DNA of 64,000 bases, from the NCBI GenBank assembly GCA_934772045.1, contig CAKVMH010000001.1, positions 234,066-298,065 of the forward strand, read 5' to 3'. The translations under genes and the position numbers were made by a program. This DNA is from an uncultured Clostridia bacterium (lineage in GTDB: Bacteria; Bacillota; Clostridia; Christensenellales; UBA1242). Every line of letters begins with the position of its first letter. The stretch's first letter is position 1. A model generated the notes under the pieces. It was not told the DNA's origin, did no database searches, and saw only the letters and a list, made by a program, of their open reading frames with translations. This document shows, piece by piece, positions 1-8,064 of the stretch.

Positions 1-40
1 ATACTTCTCACGCTTAAATGCCGGTAATATTAAAAATGAA

Positions 41-71
41 AAATCACCAGTTCAACTGGTGATTTTGTTTT
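41..71. terminator. Bidirectional rho-independent terminator downstream of lysS
   Basis: 10-bp stem AAATCACCAG/CTGGTGATTT with a 5-nt loop, A-run on one side and T-run on the other. Confidence 0.6.
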
Positions 72-92
72 AACGCATGTTACTAAAATAAA

Positions 93-1631
93 TTATTCCT
101 TGCTTTGATTGTCAGCGCTATCAACAGGTTTTGTAATAGGGAACAAAATGCTGTCACGGATGTTTGGAAGGTCGTATATCATCATAATGAAACGGTCAAC
201 ACCGAAGCCAAGCCCAGACATAGGTGGCATGCCATGTTCCATTGCAAGCATGAAATCTTCATCTAAATCCATTGTTTCGTCGTCGCCTTGTGCCTTGTCT
301 TTAAGTTGGTCGACAAGTGCTTGGCGTTGTTGAAGCGGATTAACAAGTTCGCTGTACGCGTTCAAAATTTCTGCACCGTTTACAACCACTTGGAAAACAT
401 CTGTAATTCGGCTGTCGTTGTCATTACGGCGTGCCAAAGTTTTTAAGAATGCTGGATAGTTATATAAAATTGTAGGTCCAACAATGTTTGCACGGATAAG
501 TTTTTTGTAAGCATAGTCAATCAAGGCACGGCATGATTTATAACCGTCTAACTCGCCCACTGCAAACTTTTTAGTTGCATTGATTTTTTCACGCAAAAGG
601 TCAGCGTCTTCAATTTCAAGGAAATCAAAGCCCAACAACTCGCGCATTTTTTCAACATAGTTAATGCGTTCCCAGTTGTCTAAGCCAAAATCTAATTCAT
701 TGCCGGCAACAGTGATTTTTGTTGTGCCAATAACATTCAACATCAATTCCTTAATGAAGGTTTGGAAAAATTTAATGTTGTCTTCAAAATCCCAGTAAGA
801 AGCATACCATTCAACTTGTGTAAATTCTTGCAAGTGGGTTGGGTCCATGCCTTCGTTACGGAAATCTTTGCCTAATTCAAACACTTTGTCAAAGCCGGCA
901 GCGTTAACCATTTTAAGCCAAGTTTCTGTTGCTATGCGAAGGTTACAATCTAAATCTAAAGCATTGTGGTGTGTAAAGAATGGTTTTGCACTTGCACCGC
1001 TAACGTTCACTTGCAAAACTGGTGTTTCGACTTCAAAGAAACCATTCTTTTCAAGATAATTCCTAATGAAAGAAACAGCCTTGCTTCGAGTGATGAAAAC
1101 TTGACGCGATTTTTCATTTGAAATAATGTCCAAATATCTTTGACGGTAGCGCGCTTCAGTGTCCACCAACCCGTGGAATTTTTCAGGCAAACCGCGTAGT
1201 GCCTTTGAAAGCAATTCATAACTTTCAACTTGCACTGTCAATTCGCCAGTTTGAGTACGGATAAGTTCACCAGTTACACCCACAAAGTCGCCAATGTCGC
1301 AAAATTCTTTAAACTTAGCAAGCGCATCTGCCCCAACAATGTTAAAATTAAGGCTAATTTGCACACTTGTGCGCAAAGGTTTGGTTGCGTCAATGTCGTG
1401 GTTATCACCAATTGCATAAAGGCGCGCAAAAATAAGTTTACCAAAAGTACGTTTAAAAATCATGCGCCCAGCAATGTTAACCTTTGTGCCAAGTTCATAT
1501 TTTTCCAAATCGTGAATTTCATGTGTTTTTTCAAATTTTGCTTTGTAAGCCTTTTCGCCTAAACTTTCAAGTTTTTTAACCTTTTCAACTTTAATGTCAA
1601 ATTCACTCATCGGTGTAATATTATTTTCCAT
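93..1631 (-). CDS. lysS: Lysine--tRNA ligase (class II)
   Basis: 512-aa ORF with an N-terminal OB-fold-like region and class II motifs (RYRQRYLD, FFEVETPVL, FRNEG, GLGFGVDR). GGAGA Shine-Dalgarno lies just upstream of the ATG. Confidence 0.95.
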   Translation of the reverse strand: MENNITPMSEFDIKVEKVKKLESLGEKAYKAKFEKTHEIHDLEKYELGTKVNIAGRMIFKRTFGKLIFARLYAIGDNHDIDATKPLRTSVQISLNFNIVGADALAKFKEFCDIGDFVGVTGELIRTQTGELTVQVESYELLSKALRGLPEKFHGLVDTEARYRQRYLDIISNEKSRQVFITRSKAVSFIRNYLEKNGFFEVETPVLQVNVSGASAKPFFTHHNALDLDCNLRIATETWLKMVNAAGFDKVFELGKDFRNEGMDPTHLQEFTQVEWYASYWDFEDNIKFFQTFIKELMLNVIGTTKITVAGNELDFGLDNWERINYVEKMRELLGFDFLEIEDADLLREKINATKKFAVGELDGYKSCRALIDYAYKKLIRANIVGPTILYNYPAFLKTLARRNDNDSRITDVFQVVVNGAEILNAYSELVNPLQQRQALVDQLKDKAQGDDETMDLDEDFMLAMEHGMPPMSGLGFGVDRFIMMIYDLPNIRDSILFPITKPVDSADNQSKE

Positions 1632-1734
1632 GTCTTCTCCTAAAAAAGTGTTTCGCCAAACAAAAACACCCGTAATTTAATTATTGCTTAGATTATACAA
1701 AACACAAACCCAAAAGTCAATTAATCTAATTATC

Positions 1735-2439
1735 TTACAATTCAATTACTTGCTTTGGTTCTAATTTTTTCATCTTTGATTTTGTTATGATTTCAATTTC
1801 GGCACCTACAGCAAACATTTTATCTTCATCAACAACAAGGCTTGCTTCTTCTGGCAAACAAACAAGTTTGTAACCTTCGCTTAATAATCTTTTTATTCTT
1901 TGCATCGTTAAAGGAATTTGTTCTTCTTTTTTCTTGTAATGTACAAGTAAACTATATCCTTTTAACATGTCGTATCCTGCTGTGTCCTTCAATCCAACAT
2001 TATTAACATCACAAATTGACTTTATTCCAAGCCCATCATCTTTACATGTTTCTATGCTTTTGCCCCAAATGAGAGCCCCTGCACTTCCACCCATAATAAC
2101 CGTATCTTTTTTTAAAGCAAATTCTTTCAAGTTATTATATGCACAACTCTCTTTAAGAAGTTTTAAAAGTTTAAAAGTATTTCCACCACCGATGAAAACC
2201 CCTTTAACTTTGTTTAGCCTTTCTCTAGTTATTTGTTCGGGCGAAATTACCATGTCAATGTTATTAATTCCATATGGCTTAAGATCATTAGAAAGCCATT
2301 CCAAACAACCAGTGTATTTATCATCTTCCCATGCAAATGGTATGTACATGATTTTTTGCCCTTTAACACTATCTGCAAAAAGTTTATAACTATCTCTAAC
2401 TTGTTCATTTGATCCACCACCGCACAATATTATTCTCAT
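1735..2439 (-). CDS. Peptidase S51 / dipeptidase E-like (type 1 glutamine amidotransferase-like fold)
   Basis: GGGNTF and GGSAGA motifs typical of the S51 family; GGAGA SD upstream. Confidence 0.7.
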   Translation of the reverse strand: MRIILCGGGSNEQVRDSYKLFADSVKGQKIMYIPFAWEDDKYTGCLEWLSNDLKPYGINNIDMVISPEQITRERLNKVKGVFIGGGNTFKLLKLLKESCAYNNLKEFALKKDTVIMGGSAGALIWGKSIETCKDDGLGIKSICDVNNVGLKDTAGYDMLKGYSLLVHYKKKEEQIPLTMQRIKRLLSEGYKLVCLPEEASLVVDEDKMFAVGAEIEIITKSKMKKLEPKQVIEL

Positions 2440-2594
2440 AAATTTCTCCTTAAAATTATTGTAACATAATAACTTTTTAAAAACAAGATTTTTTCTTTAT
2501 GCCTTAACATCTGTTTAACCAAATCTCAAACCTTATCAAAACTATTTGTTTGACAAAATTCAAATGCTTTTGTAATATTTTTAAGGAGTTTAAA

Positions 2595-2807
2595 ATGCAA
2601 TTTTTTGAAATATTAAAAGATATAATGATAGATAAAAATCTTAATCAAACACAACTTGCAAACATAATCGGTGTAAAACAATCACAAGTAAGTGAATGGT
2701 TAAAAGGCAAAAGCGAGCCAGGGTACGACAGTTTGAAAGCAATTTGCATAAATTTAAACATTTCTGCCGATCTGCTTTTAGGTTTATACGAAAAACAAAA
2801 GTTTTAA
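2595..2807 (+). CDS. XRE-family helix-turn-helix transcriptional regulator (70 aa)
   Basis: HTH_3-like core LNQTQLANIIGVKQSQVSEWLKG. I chose the ATG at 2595, preceded by a GGAG SD, over the TTG at 2550 in the ORF track. Confidence 0.8.
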   Translation: MQFFEILKDIMIDKNLNQTQLANIIGVKQSQVSEWLKGKSEPGYDSLKAICINLNISADLLLGLYEKQKF

Positions 2808-2929
2808 ATTTTATTAAATTGCACCCAAAATATTTCGCGCCATAAGAAAACAATTTGCAAAATATGATTTTTATAAACACAAAAAAACTTAATCATGACG
2901 ATTAAGTTTTTTTCTTTATTCATTTTAAT

Positions 2930-3673
2930 TTATCTCTTAAAAATAGGTTTGATTACAACATGGCGTTTTTCGCCTTCGCCAGTTGACTCGGTTGTAACAT
3001 CTTCACGCCCTTGCAATGTTGTGTGAACAATGCGCCTATCGTACGCATTCATAGGGTCCATATGAATGTTGCGTTCAATTTTAATTGCCTGTTCAGCAAT
3101 TTTGTTTGCCAAATCAATGATAGATTGATTGCGGTTTTGTTTGTAACCATCAACATCAAGGTACATTCTAACTGCACCTTCGCCCTTTGTTTTTACGCCA
3201 GATAAAAGCATTTGAATCGCCTGCATATTTTCGCCGTGATAGCCGATAAGTTTGCCAACATTTTCACCGCGAATGCTGAAATTCAATTCATTTTCTCCAG
3301 CAGTGCATTCCACTGTTGCGTTTTCGTCAACAAGGCGTGCAAGCCCCAACAAAAATTCAGTTCCGCGCGCTTGTAAGCGAGTTGTGTCCACAAGTTTGCG
3401 TTTCTTTTCAACGGGCTCTTGTTTTTCTTCAACTTCTTCAACCGTTGCTGGTTGCTCAACTGCAACTTCAACTTGCTTTTCGGTTTCTTGCATTTCAGGT
3501 TCGGTTGGTTGTTCTGGTTCGGTTTCGCCCCAACTTAAAACAACTTTTGCCTTTTTAAACAAGCCACCTTCGTCAAGCACTTTTACATTCACATCTTCGC
3601 GTTTCATTCCGCATTCAAGCAGACCATTTTGAATTGCAATTTCCACAGATTTACCTGTTGCTTCAATTTGCAT
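2930..3673 (-). CDS. jag: Jag/KhpB RNA-binding protein (Jag_N, KH, R3H)
   Basis: Jag_N-like N-terminus, acidic linker and C-terminal R3H-like YDRRIVHTTL; lies immediately downstream of yidC as in most Firmicutes; GGAGG SD. Confidence 0.85.
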   Translation of the reverse strand: MQIEATGKSVEIAIQNGLLECGMKREDVNVKVLDEGGLFKKAKVVLSWGETEPEQPTEPEMQETEKQVEVAVEQPATVEEVEEKQEPVEKKRKLVDTTRLQARGTEFLLGLARLVDENATVECTAGENELNFSIRGENVGKLIGYHGENMQAIQMLLSGVKTKGEGAVRMYLDVDGYKQNRNQSIIDLANKIAEQAIKIERNIHMDPMNAYDRRIVHTTLQGREDVTTESTGEGEKRHVVIKPIFKR

Positions 3674-3736
3674 ATTTCCTCCTTCAACTTAAAAACATTA
3701 AGTTTTTGTAATTTCTTTTCTTACAACAAGATATAA

Positions 3737-4780
3737 TTATTTTTTGTAATTACGGCTATATTCAACCACTTCAACATTCTTTTTAGGAATTAATACATCA
3801 GTTCCATTCTTCGCCTTACGCCTGAAAATGAGTGTTAAAATAGTGGTTATAATTGAAGTGATAACCGAGTTTGTAATAATATACAGCGTGAACACAACGT
3901 TCGATGTCAACACGAATGCAATCATCGAAGCAGGTATGATAACCATCATAACCTTGTTCATGGTGTTGAGTTTTTGCCCTTTTGGTGCAAGTATTTTCGC
4001 ACTCAAAAATTGTGTCAAAAATGATACAGCAACTGCAACCACAATTAAAATGTAGTAACCATTGTTGTCCTTTTCGCCTTTTAAAACTGTCGCTGTAATA
4101 ACTTCATAACGCGTTTTTGCTTCAGCTTTGGCGGTTTCGTCAAAGTTCTGGCTTTTTGCGTAGTCGTCAAAATTTACAAATTGACTGGTGTTTGTGTCTG
4201 GGCGCCAAACATTTTTAACCCAAAGCCAACTGTTTTGCTTTTTAAAGTTTTCGTATTCCTTTTCAATTTGTGCTTTAATGTACACATTTTCGTCATTATT
4301 GTAGATTGATTTATCTAAACTTGTGTCTTCTGCCCAGCTTTTTTCAGCTTGAACATAAGCGGTGTCAAGCTGATTGTATGACGCATAAATTTTGTCGTTA
4401 CCATAACTCCTTATGCTACCATACAAACTGAAGAACACAACAAGTGTCACAATCAATGGCAAAAGCATACTTAAACACATGCCACCAACATTGATGTTGT
4501 ATTTTTTATAAAGTTTGTTGGTTTCTTGATTAATTTTGTTCCTGTCACCTGCGTATTTTTGGTTGATTGCGTCAAGTTCAGGTTGCAAGCCAGACATTGC
4601 GCGCTGTTGCTTGCCAGATGCCAAACGCTGAAAAATGTCGAGTGGCGACAAAACAATTTTTAAAACAATTGTAAACACAACAATTGCCCAGCCATAATTG
4701 ACAAGCCAGTTGGCAAAAAAGTCAATTATGTGTGTCCACATGTCAGCTTTTAAAAACATAGTGTTTGTTAACATTTCCAT
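3737..4780 (-). CDS. yidC: Membrane protein insertase YidC
   Basis: Polytopic 347-aa protein in the conserved position rnpA-yidD-yidC-jag. Confidence 0.9.
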   Translation of the reverse strand: MEMLTNTMFLKADMWTHIIDFFANWLVNYGWAIVVFTIVLKIVLSPLDIFQRLASGKQQRAMSGLQPELDAINQKYAGDRNKINQETNKLYKKYNINVGGMCLSMLLPLIVTLVVFFSLYGSIRSYGNDKIYASYNQLDTAYVQAEKSWAEDTSLDKSIYNNDENVYIKAQIEKEYENFKKQNSWLWVKNVWRPDTNTSQFVNFDDYAKSQNFDETAKAEAKTRYEVITATVLKGEKDNNGYYILIVVAVAVSFLTQFLSAKILAPKGQKLNTMNKVMMVIIPASMIAFVLTSNVVFTLYIITNSVITSIITTILTLIFRRKAKNGTDVLIPKKNVEVVEYSRNYKK

Positions 4781-5055
4781 TTATAATTTCCTAATAAATT
4801 TAATTTTGGCAAGTCAAGCCCTGCCTTGTTTTTTGGTGTGCATTTTAAAATTCGTTTAACAGTTAAAACTAAACCCCAAATTGCCCCAAAATTTAAAATT
4901 GAATTAAAACCATATTCACTGCAAGTTGGCAAAAAATGGCAACTTTTTTGCATGCCGTGCCTAATTATTAGCCTGTAAACCCAAATTAACAACAAAAATA
5001 TTGCCGTTAAAGGAAAGCACAATATATAGTACACTTTAAACCAAAACTCAGCCAT
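4768..5055 (-). CDS. yidD: Membrane protein insertion efficiency factor YidD
   Basis: CHFLPTCSEYG motif; overlaps the rnpA stop and the yidC start. Confidence 0.85.
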   Translation of the reverse strand: MAEFWFKVYYILCFPLTAIFLLLIWVYRLIIRHGMQKSCHFLPTCSEYGFNSILNFGAIWGLVLTVKRILKCTPKNKAGLDLPKLNLLGNYKWKC

Positions 5056-5434
5056 TTATAGGCTCGCTTTGATTTGTTTTTGCTTCACTAGGTGTAGTTT
5101 CCACAAGCAAATTTGCCTTTTTTAATGCACGCAAAAGTTCCACTTCAATTTCCACACTTGTTTTATTTTTTGCCATTTCTTTTGCGGTTATAACATAATT
5201 TTTATTTGCAAATTTTTCAATATTCAACCTGCACGCTTCGCTTATAATTCGCTTAACCCTGCCACGCACAACGCTGTTGCCAACTTGTTTGCTGACAGAT
5301 ATGCCAATCTGTGGGGTTGACCGCCAATTTTTTGTGTAATGAATGTAAAAACTGGTGCTGTGCACTGTTTCACCCTTTTTGTAAACATAGTTAAATTCTT
5401 TACGCTTTTTCAGCCTGTTCGATTTTTTAAGCAT
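5048..5434 (-). CDS. rnpA: Ribonuclease P protein component
   Basis: Basic 128-aa protein with NSVVRGRVKRII (RNR-like motif), directly downstream of rpmH. Confidence 0.9.
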   Translation of the reverse strand: MLKKSNRLKKRKEFNYVYKKGETVHSTSFYIHYTKNWRSTPQIGISVSKQVGNSVVRGRVKRIISEACRLNIEKFANKNYVITAKEMAKNKTSVEIEVELLRALKKANLLVETTPSEAKTNQSEPING

Positions 5435-5443
5435 AAATAATCC

Positions 5444-5578
5444 TTATTTGCTTAATTCTTTTTTGCCTTTGTTTCTGCGCCTTTTTAAAACCCTACGTCC
5501 AGATAATGATTTCATTCTAGCCCTGAAACCATGCACTTTACTGCGTTGTTTTTTCTTTGGTTGGTAAGTTTGCTTCAT
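5444..5578 (-). CDS. rpmH: 50S ribosomal protein L34 (44 aa; absent from the ORF track)
   Basis: Manual translation gives [54 protein letters not shown] at 5583-5590 (minus strand); stop lies 9 nt before the rnpA ATG. Confidence 0.95.
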   Translation of the reverse strand: MKQTYQPKKKQRSKVHGFRARMKSLSGRRVLKRRRNKGKKELSK

Positions 5579-5924
5579 AATTCCTCCTAAAATTTTTAAT
5601 GGTTAAAAAAATAAACCAACGCCTAAATTTCGTTAGTTCGACAACAAAATTAAAGGCGTCAATAGGCATGTCAAGGCAATAAACCTTTCAGTAAACATAA
5701 ATTAGCAAAAAGCCAATTTATTTTTAGATAAATCTAAAACGGAAAAATCCTATTATCTTCAATATAACAAAAAAAACAACCATTGTCAAGAAATAATTTC
5801 TTTCAATAGGTTTGTTTTTTCTAAATGTAAATAAATCAATTCATTTACTTTTTATCAGTCCTGCCCGAATGCGTGAATACGTGTTGCTGAAAATGTAGTT
5901 TTAATATGTACTACTGTTGTTTCT

Positions 5925-6191
5925 CTAGCCCTTCAATCCACGAGATTGTCGGTCCATATCTTCGACTACGATGTCGTAAATTTCGCCCAAAGTACGGCAA
6001 TATTTAAGCACGTCCCAAGGTTCGTTTGTGTGAAAATGAATTTTAATTGTTTCGCTGTATTTGCCTAAACCATCACCGACAGCAATAAGGCAATCGCCTT
6101 TAAAATTCTTTAAAAAATAATCCCTTACTTTATCTTCTTCCAAATTTTCACCTGAAATTAAAAGTTGTGTGTCATACCTAAATTCAATCAT
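5925..6191 (-). CDS. Stand-alone 88-aa protein resembling the central domain of YloV/FakA (DAK2-fusion family)
   Basis: GDCLIAVGD...IKIHFHTNEPWDVLKYCRTLGEIYDIVVEDMDRQ matches, from memory, the GDSLLVV..D...KVHVHT..PG.VL......G.L..IKIENM..Q pattern. It has its own GGAGA SD. Confidence 0.5.
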   Translation of the reverse strand: MIEFRYDTQLLISGENLEEDKVRDYFLKNFKGDCLIAVGDGLGKYSETIKIHFHTNEPWDVLKYCRTLGEIYDIVVEDMDRQSRGLKG

Positions 6192-6380
6192 AAATTCTCC
6201 TTAAATTTTTACCTGCCTTACCCCATGCTCGTTAGCAAAAAAGTGCAATGAACAGCCTTTATATAAAATTATGCAACAAAGCAAAAAAAAAGTAAAGCAA
6301 TGTTAAACACTCTTTACTTTAATTTTTAATTGATAAAGCACAAAGCTTGTGCATTTACTTTAAAGTTAATAAAATAACGC

Positions 6381-6914
6381 TTAATTAATATATTTGTCTG
6401 CACTTATATTGTCGAACTTTGCATTTTCATATTCGTCGATAATACTAGACGAACTATCATATTTAACATTATCACAAATTACAGGTTGTTCTAAAATAAC
6501 CTGCGGGTGAGTGTATTTTTCAAGGTATTTATATAAAACAATTGTCACATAACAAGTGTCTGAACAATTGTGTCTAAAATCTGGGCTATAAATTTCAAAT
6601 GCATCAACTTCACCAATCTCATTTTCAGGTATCGCTTGCAAAATGTCACATATTGTTGGCTTAAAGAAAAAGTCGCAATCGTCTAATTCGATTTCAATTG
6701 TATCCACAACCTTTAATTTAGACTGGTCACACAAAACCCTACTCGAAGGGTTCCACGCGAACGATTGACAAGAAATATCCGATGTGCCTATGTATGTTAA
6801 AGGCAGATTTACATTCTTTTCAAAACATAAAGAGGGTTTACCATCGTTTGATAAACGCATTAAAGGTTTAATTCTGAAAGCATAGTCAATCATCATAAAT
6901 TTGTCAAAATTCAT
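6381..6914 (-). CDS. Hypothetical protein (177 aa, Cys-rich, no recognisable domain)
   Basis: Long ORF; the ATG at 6914 is preceded by a GAGGG SD. Confidence 0.5.
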   Translation of the reverse strand: MNFDKFMMIDYAFRIKPLMRLSNDGKPSLCFEKNVNLPLTYIGTSDISCQSFAWNPSSRVLCDQSKLKVVDTIEIELDDCDFFFKPTICDILQAIPENEIGEVDAFEIYSPDFRHNCSDTCYVTIVLYKYLEKYTHPQVILEQPVICDNVKYDSSSSIIDEYENAKFDNISADKYIN

Positions 6915-7122
6915 ATTAACCCTCACTATTGTTATATTCTTAGTGTATCACAAATCAACAATTTTTGCAATATATTGATACAATTTTTGCAAATCTATTT
7001 CCAAAACAAATTGAATGTGTTAATATATGTATGTAAGTTTAAGTGTACCTTTTAAAAATGGCAATATTAACGCGATTTATTATATTAACTTTAATTTTAA
7101 AACAGCTTAATACTTTCTTTAT

Positions 7123-7147
7123 GCGGTTATGGCGGAATGGCAGACGC
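7123..7147 (+). pseudogene. 25-nt 5' fragment of tRNA-Leu(CAG) (acceptor and D arm) with duplicated leader
   Basis: 7101-7147 duplicates 7293-7339 (leader CTTAATACTTTCTTTAT plus GCGGTTATGGCGGAATGGCAGACGC), then diverges into element A. Confidence 0.8.
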
Positions 7148-7267
7148 TCGTCACAATCTGCGCTTTGGCAATTTTGCTTTTCGCAAACTTCGCTTGTTGC
7201 TTGATTGCTCCTCTATCCCTTTAAACGCACTCTGTTAGCCTTTAAAGGGAACCCTGGAAACTAGCGC
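7148..7267 (+). repeat. tRNA-linked two-hairpin element, copy A
   Basis: Starts TCGTCACAATCTG; hairpin 1 TTTTGC/GCAAA; conserved TTGCTCCT; hairpin 2 TCCCTTTAAA/TTTAAAGGGA (7216-7250). Ends with CCTGGAAACTAGCGC, which is antisense to the tRNA-Leu anticodon arm. Confidence 0.75.
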
Positions 7268-7314
7268 TAACTTTATCTTAACTTACCATTAATACAACTT
7301 AATACTTTCTTTAT

Positions 7315-7400
7315 GCGGTTATGGCGGAATGGCAGACGCGCTAGTTTCAGGTACTAGTGGGAGTTATCCCTTGCAGGTTCAAATCCTGTTAACCGCACCA
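7315..7400 (+). tRNA. tRNA-Leu(CAG), class II, CCA encoded
   Basis: Manual cloverleaf: acceptor GCGGTTA/TAACCGC, anticodon stem CTAGT/ACTAG with loop TTCAGGT, long variable arm, T-loop TTCAAAT. Confidence 0.95.
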
Positions 7401-7453
7401 AAAAAATTTTAAACAATTAAATTGTATTTCTAATTTTATAACAAATTCACTTA

Positions 7454-7478
7454 GGATTTGAACCCAAGGGTTCAATCC
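7454..7478. repeat. Palindromic pair of tRNA T-arm-like segments
   Basis: GGATTTGAACCC-AA-GGGTTCAATCC, a T-arm-like sequence facing its own inverted copy. Confidence 0.6.
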
Positions 7479-7675
7479 CTGTCGGGGCGGACCGCACGTC
7501 ATCAAGGCTCCCAAACAAGTTTTGCTTTGCAAACTTTTTGGGATAAAGGAAACACCAAGCATCAAAACGATACATTTGAAATTTATTTCAAATTGAGTAC
7601 AAAGCGCAGGTGTTGACGCGCTCCCCTCGTTACGCTAAAATCTGCTCATTGGGGCAGTTTTTTTAACGCTACTCG

Positions 7676-7691
7676 CCTGTTAACCGCACCA
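7676..7691 (+). pseudogene. 16-nt 3' fragment of tRNA-Leu (CCTGTTAACCGCACCA)
   Basis: Exact repeat of 7385-7400, followed immediately by element copy B. Confidence 0.8.
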
Positions 7692-7799
7692 ACGTCGCAA
7701 CCTGCGCTGAGTAATCGTTTTGCAGACGCAAAACTCATTTTACACTTGGTTGCTCCTTTTCCCCTACAAACCCACTTCGTTTGGCTTTGTGGGGGCTCC
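7692..7799 (+). repeat. tRNA-linked two-hairpin element, copy B
   Basis: ACGTCGCAACCTG start; hairpin 1 GTTTTGC-AGAC-GCAAAAC; TTGCTCCT; hairpin 2 CCCCTACAAA.../...TTTGTGGGGG. Confidence 0.75.
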
Positions 7800-7884
7800 A
7801 TTTTATGACAAACAATAGATAAACAATAAGATTAACTGTTACTGAAGCGAACTCAATAACTAGCGGTGGGTGCCTAAAAAGTAG

Positions 7885-7911
7885 CACAAGTTTTAGCGAC
7901 TTGTGTTTTTT
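7885..7911 (+). terminator. Rho-independent terminator (shared tRNA-locus module)
   Basis: GCACAAGTTTTAGCGACTTGTG plus T6. Nearly identical copies occur at 9672-9700 and 27025-27051. Confidence 0.75.
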
Positions 7912-8064
7912 AAGGTAAATTTGTTAAATTATTATTTCGTTCTACTCAGTTTTTAAATATCTTGTTTTGTTAATAAACTAATTTATTTCGCTTCTCTCAT
8001 AAATATGGTTTGTTGTATCCACAAAAAAAATTCACCCATAAGGTGAATTTTTAAATTTAAAGCT

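Noticed and set aside
7148-7267. T-box riboswitch interpretation of the tRNA-linked elements, prompted by the codon-containing segment complementary to an anticodon
   Set aside because: There is no T-box consensus (AGGGTGGNACCGCG-like) and no specifier-loop or K-turn layout. The elements also precede or follow tRNA genes rather than aminoacyl-tRNA synthetase or amino-acid genes.
7401-7675. An integrated prophage or genomic island at tRNA-Leu, suggested by the direct repeat of the tRNA 3' end at 7385-7400 and 7676-7691
   Set aside because: The segment between the repeats is only about 275 bp, contains no ORF and no integrase is nearby. At most it is a remnant.
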